Assembly (NCBI GenBank): GCA_030141605.1
Contig: JAQGDQ010000067.1
Span: forward strand, 124,001 to 188,000
DNA from: Tubiluchus corallicola
Lineage: Eukaryota; Animalia; Priapulida
Reading direction: 5' to 3'
Length of the DNA stretch: 64,000 nucleotides
Under the pieces are notes generated by a model, which ran no database searches, was not told the DNA's origin, and saw only the letters and a program-made list of their open reading frames with translations. The position numbers and the translations under genes are program-made. Below, in pieces: positions 1-14,003 of the stretch; positions within the stretch are counted from its first letter, which is position 1; every line of letters begins with the position of its first letter.

Positions 1-3000
1 TTATTACTCGTTTGTATTTGTTTTAAATCCATTGTTGGACTGTTTAATTGCTTGCTCGAACTAAACGGAATGTTATTATTTATCAATAATACGTTATTTG
101 AATATTTTTGTACAAACACGAGTTGATTATATAGCAACTGAGATTCGATTATGGGTCTGTTTGAGTGGTAGAACAATTTTTTTCTTGTATATTTTACTCG
201 AAAAGCCGAAAACACATCTTATTTCATAATTTTGCATTGAGTCGGCTCTGTGAAGCAGAGACCATCAGAGGGCAGTTTTACCATTAAAGTGGTTAATGCT
301 TAGTCAAAACGACATCATTCCGCATGAAACGATGGAGTCGATTTTTGACTTGCCATCTTGAATTGGCAGACTTTTTAAAAACCGTAGGTACCGTCATTTT
401 GAAACAGAGCGAAACTTAAAATTTTGCATATTTTAACACACACAGATTTATAATCCACAATCTTGAATTCGGTGAGTCTCTCGACCAATAGTTCCAGCCG
501 ATTTTATTTTTATACCACAAAATAGTCGACCGCTCGAAATACTGAAGTGGCAAAAATTGTTGTTTAAAGAATGACTTATATAAAAGAATTGGAACCTCAG
601 AAGCCATTTGTTACTTTTTCATTGTCGCACACCATAATAGATGGGCGTTAATTCCAGCTTCACTGTAATTCCTGAACGAAAAAATAATCACAGATCTGAA
701 CAGCAGAATTACGCCAGCCTCTTAAAATAGCGCTTTCTTTTAACAATGAACTCGAACTTTGAAACAGTGTACTTAAAATTTACCGAATTTTGTCGTCAAA
801 ATGTTTTACTGTCAACCACACACAAAAATACGATGCGCATTTCAATTTTTGTGCGCATTGCTTAAAAGAGTGAGCCAGTACTAACTGTTCTTTGCTTATC
901 ACTTTCTATCATCATGTGTTCTATTTCTTACATTGTCACGACAAAACATGCCATTTACTTAATAAACACATCATAAACATGTACAATTGGAAAATATACA
1001 TGTCGAAATAAACAGTCATCCAATATTAACGCAAATTTAATTAGCAAAAAATCTTGCAATTAAAAACAAAGCACGATCTATGTTTCAAACAATGGCTGTG
1101 CTTTATCGTCAGTGAAATAAAAGAAAAAAGGAAAAATACATAAATTTAATTACTAATACTATTTTTTGTTTTTGGAGGGTTACATAATTTTCACAAGAAA
1201 CGCTACACTTCATATGGGATGCAGTCGTATGTTAAAATCCACACGCACCGCAAATAAAACACAAGGAAAAACACAGAAGTAGAAAACAAAATCACTGGTC
1301 ACAATCACAGTAACTAGGAGAGAGACATACAACTTGAGATTCTATGCCAGAGACTCATGGAAAAGAGTTGCCAATCAGAGTTGTAAAAAATAAACTAAAA
1401 TTTAGTATTAGTAACTTTATTTGGTTTTTCTGTATTTTTTTCATCTGATGATAAACAACAGCGGTGATTTAAAATGACGTCGTGAAGTAATTTGTTTCAA
1501 CAGATTTCATATGCCATAACGCAAAATTTAGTATTCAAGGCTAACATTAACCTGAATCATAGTTAATGAATTAAATGTCTGTTGCATACATTTTACCTTG
1601 AATACTGTAAAGAAACTGAAATTCACCGCTCCTCTTTGTATGCAAACAGGGGTGCCTAAATATTTACATTCTATTTCTCCGATTAACCTATTTTTGTTGC
1701 CTTGTACTTGTTTAGTGAAGACATTTTCACTGTGAAAAGATCCCACTATGCAGACAACACATGCAATGGCGAGGCAGAGTAACAATGATGACTATGACCG
1801 ACAATGATGGAGGTACAAAAGAACGAACAATACGTATATACGTATGCAGAATGACGGCGACAATGACAAGAGCAATAGCTGTAAAACTGTCTAATAACAG
1901 CAACACAATTATTGTTGTACCTGTAAAAATAACCTGCAAGTAGACATATTTTACTATATCTCGTACTATCTCTTTACTACATCTACTGTTGCCTGCTACT
2001 CGAACGGCAAAACAAATGAACATGAAGTGATATTAATTACTTTTTCTTTACCACTTGAAAGCGAAATTTTCCTGTCAAAGCTCCGGTGATCATCAAATTT
2101 GTCAGTCATAGAACGAAAATGCCTGATAAAGCTGAAAAATCGTGCACTCTGCTGTCGATTCGCGTCAGCAGTCAAAACAAACTTGATACCCACCATCAGT
2201 TAATGAACCTTATTCATTGCAAGCTTGCAACGATCTGCAAGAAAAAGCATAGACTGAATCAGTGATACGGACTATTACTGAGAGCATGCGCTATATTATG
2301 GATTCACTTCCGTACCCTAACGATGAAAACTAGTTGGCAGTTGCGAAGGTTGAAGAAAACAATTTAAGCCAGTATAAAGCATACACAAATAAGCATTAGT
2401 GGGGCCAGTTAGATGAATAAAATTCGAACAGTTTTTTATTTTACAAAGAAAAACATTTTAAGAGGTTACGAAAATTTCCTCGACTTTTCGACGCGTTGGA
2501 TAAAGCACATGATGCGAATGAATTCATATTTTCCTATATAATAAAATTGAAGAAGAAAGAAAAACAAGAAAAAATAGATTAACTAACTTGGAATTATAGG
2601 AAAACCTGCCGCTACTCTTGTGCAATTATACAGTCATATTTAATACGCATAATAATCTTGATTAATAATAATCTTGTTTCAGTGCTTTTATATACGTAAA
2701 TTAATAACACTGTGTCCACAAATAAATCCAAAAGCCGTACAGTCTAGTGTATAGTGTAGTAATTTACTAACAATCGCAGCGAACTAAATTCAGAAGTAAA
2801 CTTTTACCGATATCTTTATAATAATAGTACAACTTGCTAATTAGGCATTTAATTGATAAATTAATTTCCCGACTACGAGAGGTTCGGCTGGATCGGAATG
2901 GCTATGACAAATACCAGAGCGACTTCAAACCATGAAATATGCTTTGTGGGGTAAATCTTTATCTCTCTAATTTTCTAGCTTGGCTCCGTAATAAAGCGTT

Positions 3001-5139
3001 TCAGTGTAAGGATGTTTCGTGCCAGATTCGCGTAACAGATACAGTTCTTACAGATTTGCAATAACTTTAAGTGATTCTCAATTGTAAAATTAACGTAGAC
3101 GCTTTATTAACAGTTGTATATAATGTTTATTAATTTAACAGATTTTGGAAATATTAATATCATTAACAATGACAAATAGGTTCACAATATGAGATAATAA
3201 TCGAACAACAGAATTTCGATTTATCTATGTAACTGTACAACTGATTTCGTCAAGATTACCATGCCTTTAGTGACAACTGTCACTTTAACAACAATGTACA
3301 ACTCTCAATAATCAAATACAATTATATTCATATTACCAAGAAATATGAAATGTAAAATCACTTAACTTTTTGGCTGGTCAATCCCAATAATTGGCCCAGG
3401 ACTGTTCCTAATATGAGCTGTTTTGTGCTTCAGAGGTTGGCTCGATCCGATCCAACTACGCGGAAGAAGTCTACACTGTTCAAAAGCAAGATAGCTCCTA
3501 CCTTCAGAGTTCTTGACTGAGAGTCCACACCTTGTCGCCTTCTTGATAACGACCAAAAGCCCCGGACTCTCGCCGTACCCCCACCCCTTATGAAACCTCT
3601 CGGTCATGTGACATGATACACCTCAGAATGAAGCATTCTGACTTCTGAGCGCTTCGTTACACCAGTCATCTGAGCATCTCGACTTCTGAGCGTTCTGTTA
3701 CTCTTTACTGTCTCTGGGACAGAGCGCTGGTGTGTCACTGTTCCAAAATCCAACTTTCAGATTGAACCGTTTTCTAGATCAGTCGGCGGCTAGGTATCCA
3801 ATTCACACGACCGAGCTCTGACAACCGTTCTCTCAATTATGAACAATAGTGTAACGCCTGTTAATCATCTAACTGACCAATACCATCACCGACATTGCTC
3901 GTCGACACTACTAATGAGCTTCGAATTACCTTCTGCCATTTCACAGAATCGCATTTGTCTCGGAAGTACAAATCAATATGGGCCAAACTTCTTCTAGTTA
4001 ATACAGAGTTCATCTCGTAGTTTAGGACAGCCATCAACAGAGCGGAGAAAACGAGGGAGAAGAAACAAGAGGATAAAAGGACTCGGAGGCATCAGAAAGA
4101 TGCCCTACCTCACCCGGATGAAACAGCCTTCAATGTGCAACCTGCAGCCGGAACTGTCGTTCAAGGATCGGACTGCTCAGCCACAGTTGACGCTGCAGTT
4201 CCAACAATTTTGATCAATAACTGACTCTCTTGGCGCACACTCCTCTTCCGAGACAGAAGGATGCCAACACATCTCGTAGTTTACATTTATTTATTAATTC
4301 ATTTATCTATCATAACTTGAGTTGTCAGAGTCGCTTTCATAAGTATATTAAATGTGGGAGAAGCTGAGTGAGTTCTCTGCTCAGTACAATGAATAATCTC
4401 CTTTCAATTACGTTTATTCATTAATTTGATTCTAATTATTCTTTGGTAAATAATTAATTTTTCCAAAATAAATTCATAACAAAACACAATAAGAGTAATG
4501 TCCCAAGCCCAATATATCCGGCCTTATATCCTCACTGGTTGCCGGGAGACGGTGATTAGGCAATGCTTCCTAGGAGATGGGGTGCTAGAAAACTTTGAAG
4601 CTGGGAGATTACGTTGCGAAAGTGACGAGGTTGCTAGGTAACAGACAACTGGATAAGAGTACCAAGGTAGCGAGGTTACTGGAAGACTAGATATTGGGGA
4701 GACTAAGTGTTGCAAGGTAACGAGAGTGAAAGAAGACTTGGTAACTGGAAAACTTGATTGCTATGGCACCAGGTTGCTAATGAGAATCTGTCAGGGATGG
4801 CTGATGAATATCTCGGATGTTAATTACGTCATATCCTATTTTCCGTTACATAATCAACACTCTAATTTTTATATAACTCCATAATTTTGATAATTTTCAT
4901 TAATGAATCTGATAATTTCAACAAATACGTCCAGATCTTATTACTGTACATTGCATGCAATTCTGCCGTTTGACTAGCAAGTTTAAATGGATATGTATAG
5001 ATAATAAGACAGCAGACATCTAGTACTATGGCTTCAACCAGTGCGACGAAACTCCAAGCTAGTCGGAAGAGAATCACTAAAATGTCAGATTTTAGGACTA
5101 GGGTAAGCCTTTACTCTATAGTGCACCCGTGAGCAGACC

Positions 5140-5765
5140 ACTCAAATTAAACAAAGAATTTAGGAGGCGGCAGCAGCAATTGGGCAACTCATACCGTGTC
5201 TGTGGTCATCCCATAACATCAACTGTACAAGTGTGTTGAGCAGTAGTGTTCTTGACATCATTGTTCTATGCTTGCACACTTTACAAGCAATACGTTCGGA
5301 AGCTAACTAGTGTCCAAATGTAACACGTCCTGCAAATTATGCGCATCGTGTGGGACGATTACATGTCCAATGTTAAGATTCTAAAGAGAGTAAATTGCAC
5401 GGGTATGGAAGCCTTAATACCCGAAAATCAGCTGAAATGGGCAGGCATCTGGTACCTCTGGAAAACAGTCGAGACCCAGAAGGCTTATTCTATGAACAAT
5501 TATTAAGGGAAGAGAAAGCGGCGAGGACAAGATCTTCAATATAAGGATACATTAAAGAGATGGATTTTGGTGGCTAGGAAGAATTATCAATCGACCGAAA
5601 TTATCATCAGCTAACCAACTACTCCGGAAGAGCGTGCGGCACTTAGGGAGTGAGGTCAAGCGTGAGGAGGAAGGCTCTCAGTGCGTCCTCCGCTACTACG
5701 ACTGTGAAATCTGCCAACGCAAATTTTGAACACAAATTGGTCCCATATCGCATTCAAGTAAATGA
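5140..5765 (+). mobile_element. RTE-like LINE 3' remnant
   Basis: Fragments IVWDDYMSNVKIL, QLKWAG, LQYKDTLK and a terminal CEIC..F...G..SH zinc finger. Confidence 0.7.
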
Positions 5766-5776
5766 AGTAAACATTT

Positions 5777-6319
5777 TGAAGTAAATTCAAAAATGATGAT
5801 GAAATAGACTGTCGTGGATTACATTAACTGGACCAGTAAAAGCGCAGAGACGACCACTTTTATACCGGCCAGATGCATAACTTGGCTTCAACAGAAACTC
5901 ACATTTTGCGTGAAAGGGCTGTTCAGTACACTATATATATATATAAGCGATTTTAACGCCAAGTGTGCAGTATGGTACCCTCCCGATGGGGAAAATCGTT
6001 TTGGTTAGAAATTATATGCATTTACTGTTCAGAATCAACTTTCACAGTTAATAACATATCCTATCCGTACTTCTGATGCGTCTAGCTCTTTGATTGACCT
6101 CATTTTAACTGATGCTACCGGTTTAATAACAGAGAGTGGTGTAATGTCACCTATATATATATATATATATACAGCTGACCAAAACTCCATTTGTAGTAAA
6201 ATGCTTATAAATCTTCTAACTGCAGCTTCTGAATCTGAACAGTAAATGCATATAATTTCGAACCAAAACGATTTTCCCCATCGGGAGGGTACCATACTGC
6301 ACACTTGGCGTTAAAATCG

Positions 6320-6356
<37 letters not shown>

Positions 6357-6508
6357 TACTGAACAGCCCTTTCACGCAAAATGTGAGTTTCTGTTGAAGC
6401 CAAGTTATGCATCTGGCCGGTATAAAAGTGGTCGTCTCTGCTCTTTTACTGGTCCAGTTAATGTAATCCACGACAGTCTATTTCATCATCATTTTTGAAT
6501 TTACTTCA
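5777..6508. repeat. Near-perfect long inverted repeat
   Basis: Arms 5777-6033 and 6234-6508 differ by a few substitutions and (TA)n length; 200-bp spacer. The ORF track shows the same peptide on both strands. Confidence 0.95.
5946..6152 (+). mobile_element. LINE APE endonuclease fragment
   Basis: DFNAK..W....N.FG..L..F..NQLSQLITYPIRT..SLIDLILTD..SGV. Confidence 0.7.
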
Positions 6509-9392
6509 TGCAATTTGCCAGTAAAGGTGTCGTTTTTCTTACACATCATTCTGTTGTTTCGTGGATGGATTTCAGAAGAGTTATAGACACCTTGGCCTCC
6601 GCATTTACTGGTACCAAACCAACCTGGGTAGCTTTACCACATGTCGGCGAGGTACCGCCGGCAGTTCATTGGTATCAGAAGAAGTGGATGATGCAATGAA
6701 CCCAGCAATGGACTGTTAATGGACAATTCATCATTTAAATTGAGTCTGCTGCATTTCTTTGCAGGTGAACGTAAGCTTGGATTCGTTTTTACCCGTGCTT
6801 TTTCCCAGTGGTAGGCTGAAGTACTACGTTCTGAAGCGACACGTCAAGTACCACGTACCACCTACTATTTCATGAGCGTGATGATTTGTTTGATGGACAG
6901 CTATGGTGTAACAATGCTGTTTTACGGTAACACAGTGGTGAACAAAGCTGTGATATACTAGTTGTCCTGTAGTTCAACACGCCTATATGTGGGTTATGTA
7001 CGTTGTTTACATCGGATGAGATACGTGCCGCAAGTACAGTTTGAAAGTTACAGTTGCAATTCAGTCTGGATTCACAGCTGGAACAAGCATGCTCTACTGT
7101 TAACTCGACCTGTATACCTATAGCTAACTTGCTGTAGGACCTGACCTGGCTTTCGCTGACTGGATTCGGCTCACAACAGCTATGTGAGTCTAGTCTAGCT
7201 TCTTTCTTCTACTTGTTGGTACCTGAATTCTGTCACTGGACACTGGCTTCTAGACTGTGTCATGGTTTCTTCAATGGACTTATTTTAAACATTTTATGCT
7301 GTTACATTTTTACTGTTTAATTCTGTCAAAACTGTTGCACGCATTTGTAAATTTACTGTAATCTGACTTGTCAACAGATCAATTACTAAAGTTTAACTGT
7401 TACTCTTTAAATGTCACTTTACACAAAATGCAAGTTACAACAAATTACTCTGATCCGTTTAACAATTACAGAGAAAATCGTAGTAAAATTATTTAACTTG
7501 CGGCCTGGCCAATCTTACGACTGTAATTGGCCAGATCTAAATTTCTAGTAGAGACTCTAAGTACCAGAGGTTTGATGATCAAACTACGCAGAACTCTTAT
7601 CCGCGCTGAACTATGGAAATATCTCTTACTTCAAGAACGTCTCTGCAACAGACCTCGACAGCTCTGTCCTCAGCAACTCGCAACCAGCAACCAACAGCCA
7701 ATAACCGAGAAAATTCTCTGCACTCTATTTTTGAATGCAAGGTCATTTGACATGACATTGTCAGTGACACGATAAGCGCTACATCACTAACCATCCAGTT
7801 GGTACTCTTGTCTCCGTCAGGACAGACCTTCATTGTATTAGCTCTAATGACATATAGCCTCTGTCTTTAGGCTAATTATTAACTGAACTGACGACACTCG
7901 TGTCCACCACGACTTTGCTTATAAACAATAGCTTCTGACCGTTGGCGATTTTATTCGGAAGTTTTGGGGGCGGTAGGGCCAGTACTGATCTAGGCAATGT
8001 GGGCTAATTGCCCTTCCTACTTCACAGAGTTCATCTGTCGTTACTTGACTACTGATTTTTATTTAACCTATAAATCTCTATGATCTATCAACCTCTGATC
8101 CTTTATGCATTAAATTCAAGGTACAAGCTGAGTGAGTCATCATGGCTGAACGGTATAATCTTCGTTCGGGATCTAATCTATTATGATTAATCTAATTTCG
8201 AATTCTTTGTTGATTAATGTCTCTTTTTAAAATAAATTCATAACATCGACATAGGTTAATTAAGTTCCCTTGCATACAAAAGTTGAAGATCTTTGAATAC
8301 AATAATCTTAACGGTCTTAGTGGATAAATAGGATGTCTCTCGAAATATACTTGTACGAAGGACACAGTACGCGGAGAATTGACGAAGGAAAAACACAAAA
8401 AGATTAGACAAGGAGATAAATGAAGAATTATACAGTCATTGCGATGGAAGTTAGAGATTATCTTGCTCATTAAACAAGTAAAAATAGAAAAACAGTAAAT
8501 GTTGAATTTGATTACCAGCTAAAAGGGATGATACACTTGCCTTGATCACTGGAGAACACAATAGCCCACTGGGCCCAGCGGTGTTCGACATCCACCCAAA
8601 ACATCCCTAGTCCTTAAATCCATGCTGTATGCCAACTTTTTCACATTTCCCGTCTTTCAAGTTTGGTATCAAAATTTAATAATTGCGGGCTTGTACTATC
8701 ATTAATAATGATCTTGACATTGAGATTATAATAATAATATTAGTATTAATGCTACAAGCAAATTAGGCAACATTAGTATAAATCACCTTCAAAATACTGA
8801 TGACTTGTATATGTTATAGCTGCCTTCATACATCTTTTGGCAAAGTAGTTGAAATGTTCGTGCAAGTTTTGTTGTTAAAAATATTGTGTGATCTTTAATC
8901 GTATTGTGTAAAGGATGCTGGTAACCGATGCTGGTAAAATCTGTTAAAAATCGACTGAGGTAAATGTGTCACGTACTTTCTAATGATGTGTAACGCATTT
9001 TTCTCAAATCGCAAAGATCTTAAGTTCATTTCAGGGAATTGCCGTACGTCAGTGGCGTGGGCAAATTCACGTTAATAGCGTTGTTCGTGAGAGCGTGTCA
9101 TGTTTCGCCCTGCATTTGATAGTTATGCTTACTTCACACTGCCTGTTTAATTAATTGATATGTATGATATTTAGCTACTGGCAGTGATAGTTAACTGCAT
9201 TACCAATTATTGATCTTTTGGATGTAGGGACCTACTAACAAACCCCCTTTTGAATTTCGTCTAACCCACTCTTGTCTCCCGTGTCTATAATGTAGTGTCT
9301 CAGTCAAGGTTAGGGATAGTACACAGGTGAATAAAATTATAGCTGTTTAAGCGAGTGGCTTCTCGATGAACTTCGTTCAACACTGTTTAGAT

Positions 9393-9831
9393 CAGTGGTT
9401 CCCAAACTTTCTCGGGCCGTTACCCAAATCGGGAAACCCGGTCGTGTCCATTACCCCCCACCTAGTACTACTTCTCCAACTCAAAAAGTAAACACACGTA
9501 TATGCCACAAGCAAGCAAAATTATTTATGTTTGCTCGTGACATAAATAAATTTCCGGGTGTTGTTGTTGTATTGTTGCCAAAACAAGAATTACAATTACT
9601 GAACCTGCTCATTACTGAGTGAGCAGGTTCGTTCGACTAATTATTACTCGAACAAACGAAAACAAGAAGAAATGAATGAATGAATGGGAACGTGCGAATG
9701 ATGGACCCCATGACACAGTGTCGCCTGCAGAAGTTTTAAAAATTTTCAGAGCGGTGCCCGTTACCCCCCAAAAAAACCATATTACCCCCGGGGGGGGGGG
9801 GGGTAATTTACCCCTACTTTGGGAACCACTG
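9393..9831. mobile_element. hAT (Charlie-like) MITE, 439 bp
   Basis: TIR CAGTGGTTCCCAAA / TTTGGGAACCACTG; perfect 8-bp TSD GTTTAGAT. Confidence 0.92.
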
Positions 9832-10836
9832 GTTTAGATATACACGGCAATTTGACACAGAACGCGACAGGTCGTTTACTCGTGTTTGTGAAGTCGTATT
9901 ACATGTATCTGTATCTAAAGAGAAATGCCATACTAGAAAGTTTCACACAAGATATGGTGTGCAATTTACATGGTGATACCGTGAGAGCCTATTTTGTGTA
10001 ACCTGTGGTCGTCAGCCAGGGTTGTTTCAGAGATGTTGGCTTACAGCCTGCAGTAGTGGAGTTAGTCACTGACTAACAAATGATCGACCTACTACAGAAC
10101 CACATCCAGGGTGGTAACAGGTTCTTTTCGCTTTCGCTACGAGAGGAACTAATGTCGCACTGATAACGTAAACATCCACGTATACTAGCCTAATGTTCTT
10201 CGATATTACTTGCAGGGTAATTCTAATTAGTAGTTTCTCTGACGTTTGGAATCACAGCTGTAATCAGACGCAGAGGTTATATTACGACGTATTGCTACCG
10301 TTCTACAAACTGTTCGCTTTAAAAGGAAAAGTGTGCCAAAAAACCTAGCTACATAGCAGGCAGACATGAACTTTGTGCAAACGTATATACTCTACTAACC
10401 CCAAGCTTTGTCAATATTGCTATATTTTGTTATTATTGAATTTTTGCTTAAACTGTTGTGAAATTTGTTGATGATTAAATTGTTTGATTAATTATTTTAA
10501 TATCTGGCAATTTTCTTCAGATCCATTTAGCATCCACCTTAGGCCAATCTGCATCCATACATTTAGTGCCTACGATACTAGCTCCTTTCTGTTGTGAGAC
10601 GTAAAACTAACGCAGCATGCCCCTCTTTGATTCCCCTATAGGAAATGCAAGATCAGGGTCATCACAGAGTGATTGTAAGAGTCAGAGTGTAATAATTATT
10701 TTATATGTACCAGCACAAAATAATAGTAACATAAAGATTAGAAATAGGTTTAAAACTATATTGTACCAATAGTAAACAGAGTACATTATTACTAGAGTTT
10801 ATTATATAGAGGAATTAATGTTTATTTCAGGTTCAC

Positions 10837-11200
10837 CTAGAAGTTTGTTCTACATTGATCTTGATAAGTTCTACGTAGACCTCTTAGTCCTAAATTGATC
10901 CAGACGTTCAATGTTAATCTAAACATCCTAGAAGTTCTATGTTGATCTAAAAGTTCTACATTGACCTAGAAGTTCTACGTTGATGTAAAATTTCTACGTT
11001 AATCTTGTAGTTCTACATTGATCTAGATTCTAGAAGTTATATGTTGATCTAAAAGTTCTACGTTGATCTTGTAGTTCTACATTAATCTAGAAGTTCTACG
11101 TTGATTTAGAAGTTTTACGATGATCTTGTAATTCTACGTTGATCTTGTAGTTCTACATTGATCTAGAAGTTCTACATTGATTTTGCAGTTCTACGTTGAT
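10837..11200. repeat. Minisatellite, ~19-bp unit (CTAGAAGTTCTACRTTGAT)
   Basis: More than a dozen degenerate tandem copies. Confidence 0.92.
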
Positions 11201-12789
11201 GACGGTGGTGTACTAACGGCCTTTCATTAAAGAGAGTCTGCTACTGCAACCCGGAATATATACCCAAAATCTGAGCTCTGGTTGGCTAAACGATAATAAC
11301 CGGGCACGTGCATCTTACGAGGGGTTTCAGGTAGTAGGAGTATAAAACGCAGCTGTTAGGTTTTGCATAATCTGGGGGGTGGTAACGTGTTTGTTTACGG
11401 CTATCCATCACAGTGAAGGCAGCGCCGGGAGCTGAAGCAGCCAAGGGCTGCTACAGATGTTTTGCAATCATTTAATTTTTTATAACAGAATCGTTTGCTG
11501 CTTGCAAGATCTACCACGTAACTAACTTAATTTAAATTTTCTTCAGATGCTATTTTGCTATTCCATGCTATTGCAGGCTATTTTGTTAATTCTGTAATAT
11601 TTATTGTAATAACGTATGCGGCTAATCTCTACGTATAAGATTAAAAAAAAGACGTGCTGACGACATTGCTTTTCACACGCTTTTACGTATTAATATGCTT
11701 GATTCGCCATATAATTATATTTGCAAAAAATAACCTTAAACCTTTTAATTAAAGCGCTGTTGGGGCACTCTGCGTTCACGTATCCATTGAGGCTGCAAAT
11801 TCTTATCACATAGGTATGCTATCAAACCATGGCAACGATATTTATAGTAAAATATCTCTTCATTGACTTAGCGTTTTGACGTCTTGAAATATACTTAAAT
11901 AGGTAAAATAAAAATAAAGACAACGTTTTCTAACAATTGATCCTTGCTTGTTTTCACGCTGAAGGACGAAGCCGTGTTGATTAGCCAAAAACCCCTCTTA
12001 TAGTAATGGTTTCTCTTTATGTGATGTGCATATAATGTATTGATCCATTATTTCCATGTCGGTACAACAACTCATGAGGGCGCACACGTCGTGCCTTTAC
12101 TAGCCTTTAGACTGTAAAAGTGCCAACGAATCGCCATCATTGAGTTATATGTTTACACACCGATTTTTTGGATACTACACCGACTGGGTCCCTTGCAAGG
12201 TAATATTCTTTGATCTCTTCAACCATGAATGCTTAATTTTACGTCGGAAATACTGTACATGTAGTAAATAATAGGCCTATGTGCAAGGTTGATGATTTTT
12301 GCTGTCTTCTTTTTTTGCGGTACTAGAAGTGAATTGCTTTTTTGCACTAAAATGCTATAAACAAGATTGTTAGAAACACAGTAATTTAATTGTTATAATT
12401 AACAATGCAAGTTTTAGTCACTAAATCCATTCTAAAATTTAATGTAATCATACTGGTGCATGACTGGGAACACGGATCCATACTAAAATATGGATTCTTA
12501 TTCCAAAAGCCAGCCGTTTCGATGTAAGGATTCGTTCTCAAATGACTGCCGAAAAGGAAATTTGAAGATAGTGACCGGCATTTTTCAGAGTCGTATTCGC
12601 ATAGATAACAAATGCTGAGCCTTAAATCATTAGAAGAAATTAATTACTGATTTTTGAACTCGTAATTTTTGATTTGTGCATCGTTCATGTGTTGCAGTAT
12701 GCATAAGGACGTTGATTTAAACAGGGAAACATTTTTTACGAAACTACAAATAATAAAACTAAGAGTAATCACTCATTAAAACTTTTTGT

Positions 12790-13123
12790 AAGGCGTACAT
12801 GTAAGACACATTTTTATGATTTTTTTCTCAAATCGCGTTGTTCCAATAAATTATAGAACTCATTGCCTGCCTTTGTAAATCATTCACCATTAGTTACTGC
12901 TGGAAATGTTAACTTATTTCGTAAAAGACTTAAACATGTTGATTCAACAAGGTTTCTTAAATTCAATAGACACATGTAAGTAGCTTTCCTCTGTGTCCTC
13001 CTGCACATCTTCATAAGTGTTAATTAGTAGTATGCTAGTAGTTGCACTGTATTTTCATTTTTTTAATAAATGTCGTTTTATGTACTAATAGATGTGAATA
13101 AACTAAATTAAACTAAACTAAAC
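12790..13123 (+). mobile_element. CR1/L2-like LINE 3' end
   Basis: FFSNRVV..NSLP motif, AATAAA and (CTAAA)n tail. Confidence 0.6.
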
Positions 13124-13479
13124 ATGTGTTGAGCAAGCGTGTGTCACAGTCGCTTGTAGACCTGTACAAATGGCACAGGAATGGCACACTTACTAAAATA
13201 TGTTTTTAGGACTAGGATAACAGTGTGGGGGCAATTATTTTAGTTATTTTGCCAAGGAAGTTATGCTTCAACACAGTCTGTTTGTTTGGTTGTTTTTTGC
13301 TGTTATGACAGTAAGCCTATAATGCAAAAACTATCTTAACTGATTTCCAATAAATTCTTTGAAGAAAGGCGACTATTGGGTTCGTTTTTAGAACTTGTAT
13401 AGCCAGAAATGTGCAGACATTTATTACATTTTACTATGCATTTGTGCGGCCAATACTTGAGTACTGCGGAGTTGTGTGG

Positions 13480-13890
13480 TCACCAAACACTACCTGTGCA
13501 TCCCATAAAATTGAGTCTGTCCCGAGAAAGGCCACCAGATATCGGGGGCTAAAATGGCTAATTATAATGATCGTTTGAATGCTTTCTCAATAATGAGCCT
13601 AAAACGGCACAGAGATTTATTCTCGGTCGTATTTGATATAAAGCAAACCGTTTCTCCCATCCAGTTGGCCATCGTTGGACCTTCTCCAGAACTTCACATT
13701 TTTCGGACCACTTGTTACTTGACAGCAGTTATACTTGTTTATAGTTTCTGCACTTATGAAATGAACCTCCTAGCGACATAAAGGAAGCTAGAGCACTCTC
13801 TGAGTTCAAGTGCAAGGCTGCAAGTTATTACATGAATAATGAATATGTTTTTACTTAGGTGTTAATATGGCAATTAGTTATTATTTTAAT
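13480..13890 (+). mobile_element. CR1-like LINE remnant
   Basis: KIESVPRKATR..YNDRL....SLKRHR. Confidence 0.55.
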
Positions 13891-14003
13891 ATTTTTTACT
13901 TGCACAATGATTTTAATCAAATGATTTTTTTACAGTTTCTAGTTTTCTCAATCGGTTTATTTTCTTACACGAAAAAGCCTTCTGGGAATCACCATGTTTA
14001 TTG

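Noticed and set aside
280-870. Possible TTAA-flanked (Kolobok-like) element
   Set aside because: Could not identify matching TIRs.
1445-1485. Hammerhead-like CTGATGA
   Set aside because: No GAAA box or stem II at the right spacing.
10837-11200. CRISPR array
   Set aside because: Tandem units with no unique spacers, no cas genes, animal context.
12508-12545. Minus-strand TTGAGAA..GAAACGG hammerhead-like motif
   Set aside because: Stem II is only 2 bp and there is no NUH triplet.
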